A stretch of 64,000 nt of DNA from contig BQJD01000017.1 of the NCBI GenBank assembly GCA_021604525.1, positions 11,231 to 75,230 of the forward strand, given 5' to 3'. A model generated the notes under the pieces. It did no database searches. It was not told the DNA's origin and saw nothing but the letters and a program-made list of their open reading frames with translations. Numbering within the stretch: position 1 is the stretch's first letter; each line of letters starts with the position of its first letter. The DNA comes from a marine bacterium B5-7 (lineage in GTDB: Bacteria > Pseudomonadota > Gammaproteobacteria > Arenicellales > CAJQKF01). Positions 9,488 through 20,644 of this stretch are shown here, piece by piece. The position numbers were made by a program, and so were the translations under genes.

Positions 9488-10681
9488 ATGAGAACACGTG
9501 TTGAATCCCTGCCGTTGCCAAGCGCTGACGAATCGGCACACGCCGAGCGAGTGGCAAATCTGTTACGGCGTGCAATAGACAAGGCAGATGGTGTATTGCC
9601 GTTTGATCGATTTATGTCTCTTGCCCTGTATGCGCCAGGGCTGGGTTACTATTCAAGCGGTGCGCACAAGTTTGGGGCTGGTGGTGATTTCGTGACCGCG
9701 CCGGAGCTCGGCAGCTTGTTCACACGCTGCCTGGCGGGTCAGTGTGCTGAGATTCTCGAGCATCTGGGTGAAGCTTGCATTGTTGAGTTCGGTGCCGGCA
9801 GCGGAGCGCTGTGCGTACAACTTCTCGAATCGCTTGATGTCATGGGTCGGTTGCCGCAACGCTACCTGATACTTGAGCCAAGTGCCGAGTTGAGGGCGCG
9901 TCAGATGGCAGCCGTTGGACAGCTTCGTGATGACCTTGCAAGCAGGGTAGAGTGGCTCGGCACCCTGCCGGATAATCCTCTCATTGCCGTCGTCATTGCC
10001 AATGAAGTTCTCGATGCCATGCCGGTAACGCGCTTTCGCTCAAACGGTGTTGGCGGTGATGTGGAGAGTCTGGCTGTTGGCCATGAAGATGGAAAATTTA
10101 TCTGGCGATCTGTCGAGCCACAACGAGAGACAAAAGACCTGCAGGCTATTGTCGATCGTTATGAACTGCCGAAAGACTATGTCAGTGAATACAATGGTCG
10201 TGCCCGGGCCTGGGTGGGGCAGATCGGTGACTGGCTGGAACGTGGCGTTGCCCTGTTGATTGACTACGGCTATCCCCAGGCAGAGTATTATCACGCCGAG
10301 CGTGATACCGGTACATTGAAATGCTTTTTTCACCACCATAGTCACGACGATCCATTAATTCTAACCGGTATCCAGGATATCACTGCACATGTCGATTTTA
10401 GCGCCCTGGCCACTGTTGCCGAGGCATCGGGACTGGATGTCCTTGGATACACTAGCCAGGGATCGTTTCTGCTTGGCGCCGGCTTGATGGACGTTATTTC
10501 CAGCGGCGCACGCGGCATCGCCGAAGAATTGACCCTGGCTGCCGAAGTGAAGCGCCTGACACTGCCCTCGGAGATGGGCGAACTGTTCAAGGTGATGGCG
10601 TTGGGGCGGGATGTCAGCATTACGCCAAGTGCTTTCAAATCGACAGATCGCAGCGGTCTGTTGCACCGGGGTGTGTCATGA
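9488..10681 (+). CDS. class I SAM-dependent methyltransferase, MidA/NDUFAF7 (DUF185) family
   Basis: Motifs YYSSGAHKFGAGGDFVTAPE, VEFGAGSGAL and ANEVLDAMP, typical of the family. Confidence 0.7.
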   Translation: MRTRVESLPLPSADESAHAERVANLLRRAIDKADGVLPFDRFMSLALYAPGLGYYSSGAHKFGAGGDFVTAPELGSLFTRCLAGQCAEILEHLGEACIVEFGAGSGALCVQLLESLDVMGRLPQRYLILEPSAELRARQMAAVGQLRDDLASRVEWLGTLPDNPLIAVVIANEVLDAMPVTRFRSNGVGGDVESLAVGHEDGKFIWRSVEPQRETKDLQAIVDRYELPKDYVSEYNGRARAWVGQIGDWLERGVALLIDYGYPQAEYYHAERDTGTLKCFFHHHSHDDPLILTGIQDITAHVDFSALATVAEASGLDVLGYTSQGSFLLGAGLMDVISSGARGIAEELTLAAEVKRLTLPSEMGELFKVMALGRDVSITPSAFKSTDRSGLLHRGVS

Positions 10682-11475
10682 TCGACGCTTGGCAGGCATT
10701 CTGGCTGGCCCTGGTACAGGGGCTCACCGAGTTTTTACCGATATCAAGCTCCGGGCATCTGGCACTGGTGCCGGTGATGCTCGGCTGGCCTGATCAGGGA
10801 CTCGCCTTCGATGTGGCGGTCCACGTCGGTTCGTTGGTTGCGATACTGGCCTATTTTCGTGCCGATGTGTGGAAATTGATTATGGCCATACCACGTGCCC
10901 TGCGATTTTCTGACGACGCCGATAGCCGCATGTTGTGGTATCTGGTTCTGGCAACCGCACCGATTATTATTTTCGGTGCCCTGCTGGCCGATACGGTTGA
11001 AACCTATCTTCGCGACCCGCGCGTTATCGCCTGGGCAAGTATCATATTTGGCGTGGTCCTGCTGATTGCCGATCAAGCCGGCCGGCGCAGCCAGAGTCTT
11101 GATCGTCTTAACTGGAGACACGCGCTGTGGGTCGGCTGTGCACAGGTGTTGGCGTTGATTCCCGGCGCGTCACGTTCCGGCGTTACCTTGAGTGCCGGGC
11201 TGTTGCTAGGCTACACACGTACCGAAGCGGCGAGATTCGCATTCCTGTTGTCCATACCAACCATTCTTGCCGCCGGTGTCTACAAGGGTATGGGTCTTAT
11301 AAAACACGCAGTGGATATCGATTCAAGTCTTTTTGCTCTTGGTATCGTGGTTTCGGCCGTGAGTGCGTTTCTGTGTGTGGCATTGTTTATCCGGCTCATA
11401 GAGCGAGTCGGATTGCTGCCGTTTGTAATCTACCGTGTATTGCTGGGTGTAGTGTTGCTGATCGTTTATCGTTGA
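10678..11475 (+). CDS. uppP: undecaprenyl-diphosphate phosphatase
   Basis: Signature LTEFLPISSSGHL and PGASRSGVT. Polytopic membrane protein of 265 aa. 4-nt overlap with the upstream gene. Confidence 0.9.
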   Translation: MIDAWQAFWLALVQGLTEFLPISSSGHLALVPVMLGWPDQGLAFDVAVHVGSLVAILAYFRADVWKLIMAIPRALRFSDDADSRMLWYLVLATAPIIIFGALLADTVETYLRDPRVIAWASIIFGVVLLIADQAGRRSQSLDRLNWRHALWVGCAQVLALIPGASRSGVTLSAGLLLGYTRTEAARFAFLLSIPTILAAGVYKGMGLIKHAVDIDSSLFALGIVVSAVSAFLCVALFIRLIERVGLLPFVIYRVLLGVVLLIVYR

Positions 11476-11501
11476 TGCTAACGATAAGCAACGGGCTCAA
11501 T

Positions 11502-13295
11502 TTAATCGTTCGATCTGACCGACCGTAAGGTTCGTTCTACTACCGTTCGAAGACGCGCCGGTTTGAGCGGCTTGAACAACAGGGGTATCCCACTAGCGCT
11601 TACTTCGGCAATATGCTGGGGATCGGTTTCGCCGGTGAGTATGACGACACCGATGCGCCTCTCTTTCATGTCGACGATATGTTGCGCCAACCCCAAACCG
11701 TCGATCTCTCCCGGCAGCCTGAGGTCGGTAATCACCAGGTCCGCGGTAAAAGCATTCTCTTCGATACATGCCAACGCTTGTGATGCGTCAATTTCAGCGC
11801 GTATCTCGCAGCCCCAGCCGTCGAGAAGCTCCACCAGTGCATCTGCCACCAGAATATCGTCTTCGACGACCAGTACATTCAACCCTTCAAGTGATCGCGG
11901 CGCCAGTTCCGGCGCCGGTGATGCTGGCTCGTTGGTTGCCAGTGTTGCGTCCGCCAGTGGGCCGAGGTTGAGAACGGCCACTGTGCCCACTGCGGAGCCG
12001 GGTTCGAGATGCATCTGGTGACCAAGCAGACTGGAAATACGCCGACAAATCGACAGGCCAAGACCGATACCACGGGACCTGTCGCGCTGTGGATTTTGTT
12101 CCTGGAAAAATTCATCGAAGACCCGTTCAAGATTGTCAGGGTCGATGCCGGAGCCGGAATCGGTTACCTTCAGTATCACACGGTCGTCGATTAATTCAGC
12201 CGACACGCGGATAAATCCCTGCTCGGTAAACTTGATTGCATTGGACAGCAGATTGGCGATGATGCGACCGAGCAACGCCGGATCGCTGCGAACCCGGAAG
12301 TCGAGGTCGTCGGTTTGAAGCGTGAGGCTTTTACCCTTAATTTCCTCGGCGTACTGACGAAGCAATGGTTCGATCAGATTATTCAGATTCACCACCTGTT
12401 TATGGCTTTTCACGGCGCCGGCGTCGAGTTTTGATATATCGAGAAGTGAGCTGAGAAGATCCGACAAAGCATCGATGGCGGTTTCCAGTTTATCGATAAT
12501 GCGCTGACGCTGGGCGTCATCCACAACATGCTTGAGGCTGTCGAGCAACAGGTTGATGGCGTGAATCGGTTGCCTCAGGTCGTGACTGGCAGCAGCCAGA
12601 AAGCGGGTCTTGGCACCGCTGGCACGATTGGCACGATTGCGTTCCAGGGTCAATGTAGAGACCAGTTCGCGATTCTCGATCTCAAGCATGATCTGCGCAA
12701 TGATGCGTTGATTCAAAGTACGCGTAAGCAGCAGCGACAATATCAGGAACAACATTAACAGCACGCCAAGCAGTGGCGGCAACCAACCGCTTTCGAACAG
12801 CAGACGTACTCCAGGCAGCAGGGTCGTGGGTACGGCGAAAGCCGCCTGAGCAGGCACCCAGTAAGATGAAAGATTGAGATTTGCCGACATCAGGCCGACT
12901 ACAAATGCCACCGCGAAAACAAAGATCCCGGGGGTGGCTACGTCAAACAACATGATCACCGAAAATCCCGTCAACAATCCGGCTACCAAGCTCGAAAATG
13001 TGAAGGCGCGTGCCCAGCCGCGATAGTCTGCAAAGCGTTTCGATCCCATGCGGTGTTCCTGATACAGCACCAGTCGGATGCAGATCAGAATGTAGACCAC
13101 CACGCTCCATGCGCCGGTGAGCGTGAATTCCTCCGTGCCCTGGGTTACGTATAGAAGCACCAGCGGATAGAACAGGTAGAACAAGCTGTCCTGAGGGATC
13201 AGGTTATACAGACGATCAACCAGGGTCTGGTCGATCTCGCGACGGTAGCGCTGGTACCGATCGGGATCAAATACCGGCTGGGATGTGGGGCTCAT
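11502..13295 (-). CDS. hybrid sensor histidine kinase / response regulator
   Basis: N-terminal multi-TM region, H-box AAASHDLRQP, ATPase boxes LSNAIKFT, DSGSGI and GIGLGLSI, and a C-terminal receiver (VLVVEDD...DLVITDLRLPG). Confidence 0.9.
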   Translation of the reverse strand: MSPTSQPVFDPDRYQRYRREIDQTLVDRLYNLIPQDSLFYLFYPLVLLYVTQGTEEFTLTGAWSVVVYILICIRLVLYQEHRMGSKRFADYRGWARAFTFSSLVAGLLTGFSVIMLFDVATPGIFVFAVAFVVGLMSANLNLSSYWVPAQAAFAVPTTLLPGVRLLFESGWLPPLLGVLLMLFLILSLLLTRTLNQRIIAQIMLEIENRELVSTLTLERNRANRASGAKTRFLAAASHDLRQPIHAINLLLDSLKHVVDDAQRQRIIDKLETAIDALSDLLSSLLDISKLDAGAVKSHKQVVNLNNLIEPLLRQYAEEIKGKSLTLQTDDLDFRVRSDPALLGRIIANLLSNAIKFTEQGFIRVSAELIDDRVILKVTDSGSGIDPDNLERVFDEFFQEQNPQRDRSRGIGLGLSICRRISSLLGHQMHLEPGSAVGTVAVLNLGPLADATLATNEPASPAPELAPRSLEGLNVLVVEDDILVADALVELLDGWGCEIRAEIDASQALACIEENAFTADLVITDLRLPGEIDGLGLAQHIVDMKERRIGVVILTGETDPQHIAEVSASGIPLLFKPLKPARLRTVVERTLRSVRSND

Positions 13296-13313
13296 CGGCG
13301 AGAGTAAGGTAAG

Positions 13314-13949
13314 TCAGGTAGGTGGCAGCAGGCCAAGACGCACTGCCTCGTTAACGCAAGTAGTGCGGTTACGTACGCCGAGTTTTTTCATCACCGCACT
13401 GACATGAATCTTGATGGTGTGCTCGCTGGTGCCGAGTCGCTCGGCGATTTGCTTGTTCAGTAATCCCTCGGCAAGCAGGGTCAGCACATCATGCTGACGG
13501 CGGGTAAGGTGACCGCCATCCGGCAGGGTAAAGGGAGTGTGGCCTTGTCGTGATGTTTCTTCGGCAGATTTTGAAGTGTAAAGATTACCGGCAAGCACTT
13601 GTTCCACGGCCATTTTAAGTTCATTGCGATCGACTGATTTGTGAATAAAACCGAGTGCACCGGCATCCATGGCCTGACGAATGTCGACGGCATTGCTGGA
13701 AGCGGAAATAATGACAACCGGTGTGGAGACATCACTGTCTCGGAGGGACTCGAGTACCGAGATACCACTCATGTCCGACAGCCGCAAATCCAGTAATACC
13801 AGATCGTAAGCATGTTCACCATTCAGGCATTCAAGGGCTCTGGAGCCGCTTGTGAGGGTTTCGACATGGGCATCGTCGAAGACGTCGCACAAGAGATTTC
13901 CGAGTCCATCCGAGAACAGTGCATGATCGTCAACAATAAGAATGTCCAT
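13314..13949 (-). CDS. LuxR/NarL-family response regulator
   Basis: Receiver domain (ILIVDDH, DLVLLDLRLSDMSG) plus LuxR HTH (LTRRQHDVLTLLAEGLLNKQIAERLGTSEHTIKIH). Lies 18 nt upstream of the kinase on the same strand. Confidence 0.9.
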   Translation of the reverse strand: MDILIVDDHALFSDGLGNLLCDVFDDAHVETLTSGSRALECLNGEHAYDLVLLDLRLSDMSGISVLESLRDSDVSTPVVIISASSNAVDIRQAMDAGALGFIHKSVDRNELKMAVEQVLAGNLYTSKSAEETSRQGHTPFTLPDGGHLTRRQHDVLTLLAEGLLNKQIAERLGTSEHTIKIHVSAVMKKLGVRNRTTCVNEAVRLGLLPPT

Positions 13950-14119
13950 GATAACAATCCCCCCTTCGCCAATGCCTGTGTCTTTCGTGTGAGTTGGCAG
14001 TTAGTCCGCCCGGTCAGTTCGGGGTTAGTGTAGCGTAAGATCACGGTGATGCCCTATCCTTCGGTAATCTACGAGCCAATCATTGTCACTGGTTGTATGA
14101 TGACGGATGCAGGATTGCA

Positions 14120-15361
14120 TCAGTTATGCGTTGCTTGTTGTTTTACTTTCAGGAGCGCGTTGAGTTGACGACGTTCGACTTCACGCGGAATATCATCGGC
14201 CATGCGGCCATCGGCAACATCGCCGAGGTCCACATCACACAGCGCGTCGCGATAGCGCAGCAGTAACGCCCGTTGCGGGTAATCGATCTCCTCACGACCA
14301 GTGCGTCCACGGCTATCGGCTTCGCAAGCCAGTGCAAACCAATCGACGAATTGCGGATTACGCAGTGCATCGAGATGTTTTAAAACGCGCAACACGGCTC
14401 CTGGCCTCATGTCCATCAGGCGGTGCATTTTCAAATGATCGCGGCACACCATAACGGCGATTCGTTGACAGCGTTTGGGCACACGCAAGCGTTCACACAC
14501 AGCATTAACCGGTGCGACGCCGCGTGCTTCATGACCAACATGACGCGGCAGTTCTTCTTTGGACGTTAGTCCCTTGCCAAGGTCGTGCAGTAACGCGCTG
14601 AAGCGAACTTCAAGATCGTTAGACAGTAACGCAGCCTGGCGAATGGCCATGATGGTATGAATACCGGTGTCGATCTCCGGATGATAGCGGGGATGTTGCG
14701 GCACGCCAAACAGTGCGTCGACTTCAGGCAATACCCACTTCAGTGCATCGCAGTCGCGCAGTGTTTGAATGAATGCATCGGGACGAGGTTCACCCAGGGC
14801 TCGGGAAATTTCCATCCACACGCGTTCACCATTCAAGGCATCGAGCTCACCCGCATGACTCATGCGGGTCATTAATGCAAAGGTTTCGGGTGCAATGGTA
14901 AAACCGCGATTGGCAAATCTCGCCATGAAACGAGCAACACGCAGGACCCGCAAGGGGTCTTCGGTAAAGGCCTCGCTAACGTGTCGAAGAATACCGGCAG
15001 CCAGATCTCCGCGACCGTTGAATGGATCGATCAGCCGACCGTCGGGTGATCTGGCAATCGCATTGATGGTGAGATCGCGGCGCTTGAGATCCTGTTCGAG
15101 GGTTACCTTCGGATCCGCCCAGACGGTAAATCCGCCATAGCCCCTGCCACTCTTGCGCTCGGTGCGTGCCAGCGCATATTCGTCGTTCGAGCGGGGATGC
15201 AAAAATACAGGGAAATCGCGACCAACCTGGCGAAATCCCTGATCCACAAGCTGTTCCGCTGTCGCGCCAACGACCACGTAGTCCCGGTCCTTGACTGTGA
15301 TGCCGAGCAGGGCATCGCGCACTGCACCCCCAACGAGATAATATTCGAACTCCTGTGACAT
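14120..15361 (-). CDS. cca: multifunctional CCA-adding tRNA nucleotidyltransferase with HD domain
   Basis: [29 protein letters not shown] and the HD motif LLHDLGK. Start placed at ATG 15361 ([12 protein letters not shown]), matching the usual Cca N-terminus. Confidence 0.9.
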   Translation of the reverse strand: MSQEFEYYLVGGAVRDALLGITVKDRDYVVVGATAEQLVDQGFRQVGRDFPVFLHPRSNDEYALARTERKSGRGYGGFTVWADPKVTLEQDLKRRDLTINAIARSPDGRLIDPFNGRGDLAAGILRHVSEAFTEDPLRVLRVARFMARFANRGFTIAPETFALMTRMSHAGELDALNGERVWMEISRALGEPRPDAFIQTLRDCDALKWVLPEVDALFGVPQHPRYHPEIDTGIHTIMAIRQAALLSNDLEVRFSALLHDLGKGLTSKEELPRHVGHEARGVAPVNAVCERLRVPKRCQRIAVMVCRDHLKMHRLMDMRPGAVLRVLKHLDALRNPQFVDWFALACEADSRGRTGREEIDYPQRALLLRYRDALCDVDLGDVADGRMADDIPREVERRQLNALLKVKQQATHN

Positions 15362-15392
15362 GATTTCAGGCTTTATTAAAACGGCAACACTG

Positions 15393-16511
15393 GTGAAACT
15401 GAACGCCCCAATCATACTGCTGCTGTGCATTCTCGCCAACGCCGGTTGCAGTAACCTGTTTTACTACGGTCAGGCGATCGCGGGTCAAACCGCAATCATG
15501 GTTAAAAGCCGTGATATTGATCATCTGGTAGCGGACACAAAAACATCCGGTGAATTGATCGCGCAACTTGGTCGAATCGTCGCGATTCGAAATTTTGCAG
15601 TTAATCAATTAGGCCTGGATGATGGCGGGGCTTATCGTCGTTATGTCGATCTTGGCCGCGAGCATGTTGTCTGGAATGTATTTGCAGCCGGAGAGTTTTC
15701 TTTATCGCCAGTTACCTGGTGTTTCCCGATAGCAGGTTGCGTCGGCTATCGCGGATATTTCTCAAAGGATGCCGCATACCGATTCGCTGACCGGATTGAC
15801 TCGAGAGGCCACGATGTTTTTACCTCAGGTGTTGATGCTTACTCGACACTCGGCTGGTTGCCGGATCCGGTATTGAGCAGCTTCGTCAATTATTCACCGA
15901 CCGAACTCGCGGCGCTCATTTTTCACGAGCTCGCGCATCAGGTGGTTTACGTCAAGGATGATATGGTATTCAATGAATCCTTCGCCACCGCTGTTGAAGA
16001 GGTCGGCGTGATGCGCTGGCTCAAATCCCAAGGTGATTCAACCACCGTTGGACATCACCTTAAACCTTTGGGTATACAACGTTACCAACGCAATCGTCGC
16101 TACATTGATCAGTTGACTGCAATGATGTTGTCTTATCGATCACGACTGGCTGAGGTATATGGTGAGTCAGGTGACGGCGATGAGTTGTCTGATGAGGAAC
16201 GGGATTCGCTCAGTCAGCGCAAACAGGCGATCCTGGATGAGTTGTATGCACAATACCTTGTGTTATCCGCTGATTACGATGTTCAGCCGGGATCGGAAAG
16301 ATTTCAACGCAGCGATTTCAACAATGCTCTGTTATCCTCCTTTGACAATTATTATCGTTATGTACCGGCATTCAAACACATGCTTGAATCAAATAACGGC
16401 GATCTGACGGCTTTCTATGAGGCGGTTCGTCAACTGGCCAAACAACCTCGCGATGCACGACGGTTAAACCTCGACCTCATTGTTGTTGCCGTTGCTGGAG
16501 ACACGTCTTGA
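15393..16511 (+). CDS. putative zinc aminopeptidase lipoprotein (DUF2265 family)
   Basis: HExxH motif (FHELAHQV). GTG 15393 gives a canonical lipoprotein signal [19 protein letters not shown]. The alternative ATG at 15360 would overlap the cca start codon. Confidence 0.6.
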   Translation: MKLNAPIILLLCILANAGCSNLFYYGQAIAGQTAIMVKSRDIDHLVADTKTSGELIAQLGRIVAIRNFAVNQLGLDDGGAYRRYVDLGREHVVWNVFAAGEFSLSPVTWCFPIAGCVGYRGYFSKDAAYRFADRIDSRGHDVFTSGVDAYSTLGWLPDPVLSSFVNYSPTELAALIFHELAHQVVYVKDDMVFNESFATAVEEVGVMRWLKSQGDSTTVGHHLKPLGIQRYQRNRRYIDQLTAMMLSYRSRLAEVYGESGDGDELSDEERDSLSQRKQAILDELYAQYLVLSADYDVQPGSERFQRSDFNNALLSSFDNYYRYVPAFKHMLESNNGDLTAFYEAVRQLAKQPRDARRLNLDLIVVAVAGDTS

Positions 16512-17488
16512 TCTTCCAGCTTCGGACAGAGCGTATGTTGGTAACGGCATTTATGCTGTGTCTTGTGCTGGTGCCGTGCATTCTTAGTGCAGCAGAAGCC
16601 GGGACGGATTCGGTGGATGATCCGGGGGTCAGGCAGGAGAGTCTCGATCAATCAGCCACGCGGCTTCTTGCCGTGTACGACAAATCGTTTCGACTGCAGG
16701 ACGGAGTAAAAGAGCGATTACCCTTCGACGTGAGTGCGAGTGATGCGGGTGATACTATTCGGTCGCATACGTATTTTTTCCTTGCAGATATCAACTTTGA
16801 TGAGTTTGTCGATGTGCTCGGTAAATCATCCGGGTGGTGTGATTCACTGCTGTTACATCTCAACGTAAAGGGCTGTGTTTATTTTAATGAGGAAAACCCA
16901 CGGCTGGTTTTGTATCTGGGTCGCAAGTACTACCAGACACCATCCGAATCCGTCGGCATCACATTTCGTTTCCATCACCAACGACAAGCGGAGGTTATGA
17001 GAACCACGCTTAAAGCTGATAAGGGACCGTATGGAACATCGGATTATAATTTTGTAGTCAACGCCGTGAATGTCGATAACGGGGTATTTGTCGAACTGCG
17101 ATTTGAAAACAGCAAAGGTTATGCCGGACAGTTGGTGGATCTCTATTTGAATACGCTGGGTCGTTCGAAAATCGGGTTCACTGTAGTCGGCGAATCGTTG
17201 TTCGGCAATCCGATGTATGTACATGGCACGATTGGTGCAGCAGAACGTAACGTGGTTCGTTACATGTTCGCGCTACGGGTATCGTTGGAGCACCGCAACG
17301 AACCGTTTGAAAAGCGAGCCGAGGCGTGGTTCGATGCCACCGAACGTTATGCAGATCAGCTTCACGAGTACAGCCGTGAACGGTATCTGGATATCAAGGC
17401 AAAGGAACATGCCAACCAGGTGAAATACCAGCAGGCCGCTGAACGTGGTGAGTCTGTAGAGATTCCGGTCAAACGAAGGAATCGCTAG
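16508..17488 (+). CDS. hypothetical exported protein
   Basis: N-terminal signal-like segment LVTAFMLCLVLVPCILSAAEA. TTG start overlaps the upstream stop; an alternative ATG is at 16535. No motif recognised. Confidence 0.5.
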   Translation: MIFQLRTERMLVTAFMLCLVLVPCILSAAEAGTDSVDDPGVRQESLDQSATRLLAVYDKSFRLQDGVKERLPFDVSASDAGDTIRSHTYFFLADINFDEFVDVLGKSSGWCDSLLLHLNVKGCVYFNEENPRLVLYLGRKYYQTPSESVGITFRFHHQRQAEVMRTTLKADKGPYGTSDYNFVVNAVNVDNGVFVELRFENSKGYAGQLVDLYLNTLGRSKIGFTVVGESLFGNPMYVHGTIGAAERNVVRYMFALRVSLEHRNEPFEKRAEAWFDATERYADQLHEYSRERYLDIKAKEHANQVKYQQAAERGESVEIPVKRRNR

Positions 17489-17601
17489 GCGGGCTGTATG
17501 TGGTTCGCCAGTTCAGCAGGATTGTTATCGCATCAATTACCTGCAATTACCTGCAACTATTGGCGTTGATTAACCGTTAACGCATAACCAAGGTCTGCAC
17601 T

Positions 17602-18828
17602 ATGTCGCAATCTTCAAAATCAGTTACCTGGCGATCACCTTTGGTGGTCCTGGTGGCCGGTTCAATCATATCCATGGTTGGCTTTGGTGTTCGCTCCTCA
17701 TTCGGTCTGTTTCTCGATCCGATGACCACGAGCCTCGGCTGGAGTCGCGAGACCTTTGCCCTTGCAATGGCAATCCAGAATCTGTTGTGGGGTATTGGCT
17801 TGCCATTTGCCGGCGCTCTGGCGGATCGCTACGGACCTGTCAGCGTGATTATAGTTGGCGCGATAATCTACGCCCTTGGCGTGTTCGGAATGACAGTCTC
17901 GGGCGATCCACTGGTGTTCCAGTTTACGGCGGGATTGATCGCCGGTATCGGTGTTGCCTTTACCTCATTTTCTATCGCCATGGCTTCCATGGTGCGGGTG
18001 GTTGGAGTTGAGCGGCGCTCGCTGGTGCTTGGCGTAGGTACGGCGGCGGGGTCTTGCGGGCAGGTTTTATTCTCGCCCTTGGCGCAAGGGTTCATCAGTA
18101 ACTTCGGCTGGTCTTCGGCGCTGATCTGGCTGGCGTTGATTATATTGGTGCTTATTCCGTTGGCCATTGCCATGCCAAACGATCCAGATCTGGCGGCAGA
18201 ATCTCACTTACAACAAACCTTAAGGCAGGCGATTCGGGAAGCGACCGGTCACCGCGGATTCGTGTTATTGACTACCGGCTTTTTCGTTTGCGGCTTTCAT
18301 GTGGCATTCATCACCGTGCACTTTCCTGCTTATGTCAAGGATTTGGGACTCGATCCGTTAGTCGGGGCATGGTCCATATCTTTGATCGGGCTGTTTAATA
18401 TCGCCGGTTCCCTGTTGTCCGGTTTGTTTGGTCAGAACCACAGCAAGAAGGTGGGTCTTGCGACCATCTATTTCACTCGCGCAGTGGTCATCTTGCTGCT
18501 GTTGCTGGCGCCGAAAACCGAATTAACGATCTATCTGTTTGCCGCAGCCATGGGCTTATTGTGGCTATCAACGGTGCCCTTGACCAACGGTATCGTCGCC
18601 CAGGTATTTGGCGTGCGTTATCTTGCCACCCTGTTCGGTATCGTATTCCTGTCTCACCAGCTTGGCAGTTTTCTCGGTGTCTGGCTCGGTGGGGTTATTT
18701 ATGATCGCACCGGTTCATACAATGGCATGTGGATAGCGGGAATCGTACTTGGCCTGATGGCTGCCATCATCCATGTGCCGATCGATGAAAAACCTCTGTC
18801 ACGACTCGCGCCTCGCGAGAATGCCTGA
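17602..18828 (+). CDS. MFS transporter
   Basis: About 12 hydrophobic segments and an MFS loop motif (GALADRYGP). Confidence 0.8.
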   Translation: MSQSSKSVTWRSPLVVLVAGSIISMVGFGVRSSFGLFLDPMTTSLGWSRETFALAMAIQNLLWGIGLPFAGALADRYGPVSVIIVGAIIYALGVFGMTVSGDPLVFQFTAGLIAGIGVAFTSFSIAMASMVRVVGVERRSLVLGVGTAAGSCGQVLFSPLAQGFISNFGWSSALIWLALIILVLIPLAIAMPNDPDLAAESHLQQTLRQAIREATGHRGFVLLTTGFFVCGFHVAFITVHFPAYVKDLGLDPLVGAWSISLIGLFNIAGSLLSGLFGQNHSKKVGLATIYFTRAVVILLLLLAPKTELTIYLFAAAMGLLWLSTVPLTNGIVAQVFGVRYLATLFGIVFLSHQLGSFLGVWLGGVIYDRTGSYNGMWIAGIVLGLMAAIIHVPIDEKPLSRLAPRENA

Positions 18829-18971
18829 TTCAGCCGGGAACAAATTTATGTCGTTAAATGCATCCCGAATCATTATCAATATTAGATGTATCGTTACAAC
18901 GGTACTGTCAGTATTGGCAGTGACTGTATTTCCGATATTCTCGGGCACTCGCAGCCGTTTTGAGTCAGGTT

Positions 18972-20537
18972 CTAGTTACCTTGCAGTGCTTCACCATCGC
19001 TGCGATGATCGCTGGCGACTTCGAGGTGACCGTCACTACCGATGGATATCAATCCCGCGTGTCCCATCAGATCGTTTCGATCATCTATAAGAACAGGATC
19101 GTGGCCGCGCTCATTCATGGTCTCGCCAATCTCAACTGATAGTCCGCGTTCCAGTTTCAAGCTGGTGGATTCATCGCCCCAGGTTCGTCCTAAAAGCCAG
19201 CGTGGGGCATTCACTGCGCTGACTGCATCCAGACCCTCGACAACATATCGCCACCACATCGCCGATTGGGTTTGTGGCTGACCTTCACCGCCCATGGTCC
19301 CGTAAACCATGCGGCGCCCGTCATCAAGAATTCCCGCCGCTGGATTCAACGTATGCCGTGGCACCTTGCATGGGCCAATCGCATTCGGCCCGCGCAAATC
19401 CTGGTCGAAACACAGGCCCCGGTTATTCCATAACATGCCGGTTTCGGGAATAACGACACCGCTACCGAACTCCCAGTAAACGCTCTGAATATAGCTCACC
19501 ATATTGCCAGAGCGATCAAGAGCGCCCATCCAGACGGTATCGGCATGCAGGCCGGGATCAGGCCAGGGCGCGGCTTGCGACCAATCGACTGACTTCGCTA
19601 ATTTGTCGATGTTTTCATCTGACAGACAGGCTGCATAGTCAATCGAAGTAGTATGTGGATCACCGATGTGTCGATCTCGAATAGTGAAGGCATGCTTTGT
19701 TGCTTCCACCAGCAAATGAACATGGTCGCCTGGTGAGGTACAGCGTGAACGCAGCTTGTCGTAGATCGCCAGAATTAATATGGAAGCGAGTCCCTGTGTC
19801 GGCGCAGGCAGATTCAACACCGTCCCGGTGGACAGTTGCGTCGACAACGGCGTCACGCGCTCGGCATGATAGGAAGCCAGATCGTTCCTGTCGATGGGCG
19901 CATCGAAAGACTTGAGCGCCTTGCCGATATGCTGGCCGATATCCCCTCGATAGAAGTCATCCAGACCGGCCGCGGCGAGTTGTTCCAGCAGGCCTGCGAA
20001 GTCAGTGTTCTTTAAGGTGTCACCCTGTGCCAACGTTCCATTGGCAAGAAACAGATCGGCAAAACCCGGTGCCGATATCAACTCGTCCTGCTTGGCGGCC
20101 AGCGTCTCGGCAAGGCTGCGCGAAACCGTGATACCCGATCGTGCCAGATCGATGGCGTGGGTCAGTAATTCAGGTAATGGACGTTTCGATGTGGTCCCAA
20201 CCAGGTCAACATCAAGTGCGCTTTGCCAACCCGCCACTGCGCCAGGCACTGTCAGCATCGCCCCAACTCCACGCTCGGTCCGGCCGTTGGTCCATATATG
20301 CGGCCCGACATTCTGACCCGATGTTCCGCCCGCCAATATACCGACCGGCTGCGCATCGCGTGGCAGTATCAACCAGAAGCCGTCACCGCCAATTGAATTC
20401 ATGTGTGGATAGCTGACCGCAATAGCGGCTGCGGCTGCAACCATCGCCTCGATTGCGTTGGCGCCATCTTTAAGTAATTCTGCGCCAGCCTGGGTTGCTT
20501 CGGCACTTGGAGCTGTGAAAGCCCATTGGTTAATCAT
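18972..20537 (-). CDS. gamma-glutamyltransferase family protein
   Basis: Motifs NSIGGDGFWLI, HADTVWMGALD, PRHTLNPA and YGTMGGEGQPQTQ, typical of the GGT / Ntn-hydrolase family. Confidence 0.85.
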   Translation of the reverse strand: MINQWAFTAPSAEATQAGAELLKDGANAIEAMVAAAAAIAVSYPHMNSIGGDGFWLILPRDAQPVGILAGGTSGQNVGPHIWTNGRTERGVGAMLTVPGAVAGWQSALDVDLVGTTSKRPLPELLTHAIDLARSGITVSRSLAETLAAKQDELISAPGFADLFLANGTLAQGDTLKNTDFAGLLEQLAAAGLDDFYRGDIGQHIGKALKSFDAPIDRNDLASYHAERVTPLSTQLSTGTVLNLPAPTQGLASILILAIYDKLRSRCTSPGDHVHLLVEATKHAFTIRDRHIGDPHTTSIDYAACLSDENIDKLAKSVDWSQAAPWPDPGLHADTVWMGALDRSGNMVSYIQSVYWEFGSGVVIPETGMLWNNRGLCFDQDLRGPNAIGPCKVPRHTLNPAAGILDDGRRMVYGTMGGEGQPQTQSAMWWRYVVEGLDAVSAVNAPRWLLGRTWGDESTSLKLERGLSVEIGETMNERGHDPVLIDDRNDLMGHAGLISIGSDGHLEVASDHRSDGEALQGN

Positions 20538-20644
20538 GATGTGTGACTCGTTAATTGTGCGCCGTTAGTATCTGGAACCTGTCTTGAAAAGGGGGTGCAA
20601 CCCACCAATACGGTGATAAATACTTGCCCAGTGTGAGACAGGTT

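Noticed and set aside
17534-17581. Tandem decamer CAATTACCTG x2 and palindrome TTAAC-C-GTTAA upstream of the MFS gene.
   Set aside because: Only two copies and a 5-bp half-site. Too short to separate from chance, and no adjacent regulator gene.
18848-19090. Small hydrophobic ORF (MSLNASRIIINIRCIVTTVLSVLAVTVFPIF...) starting in the MFS/GGT gap.
   Set aside because: It runs 119 nt antisense into the well-supported GGT gene and has no ribosome-binding site. Probably a chance frame.
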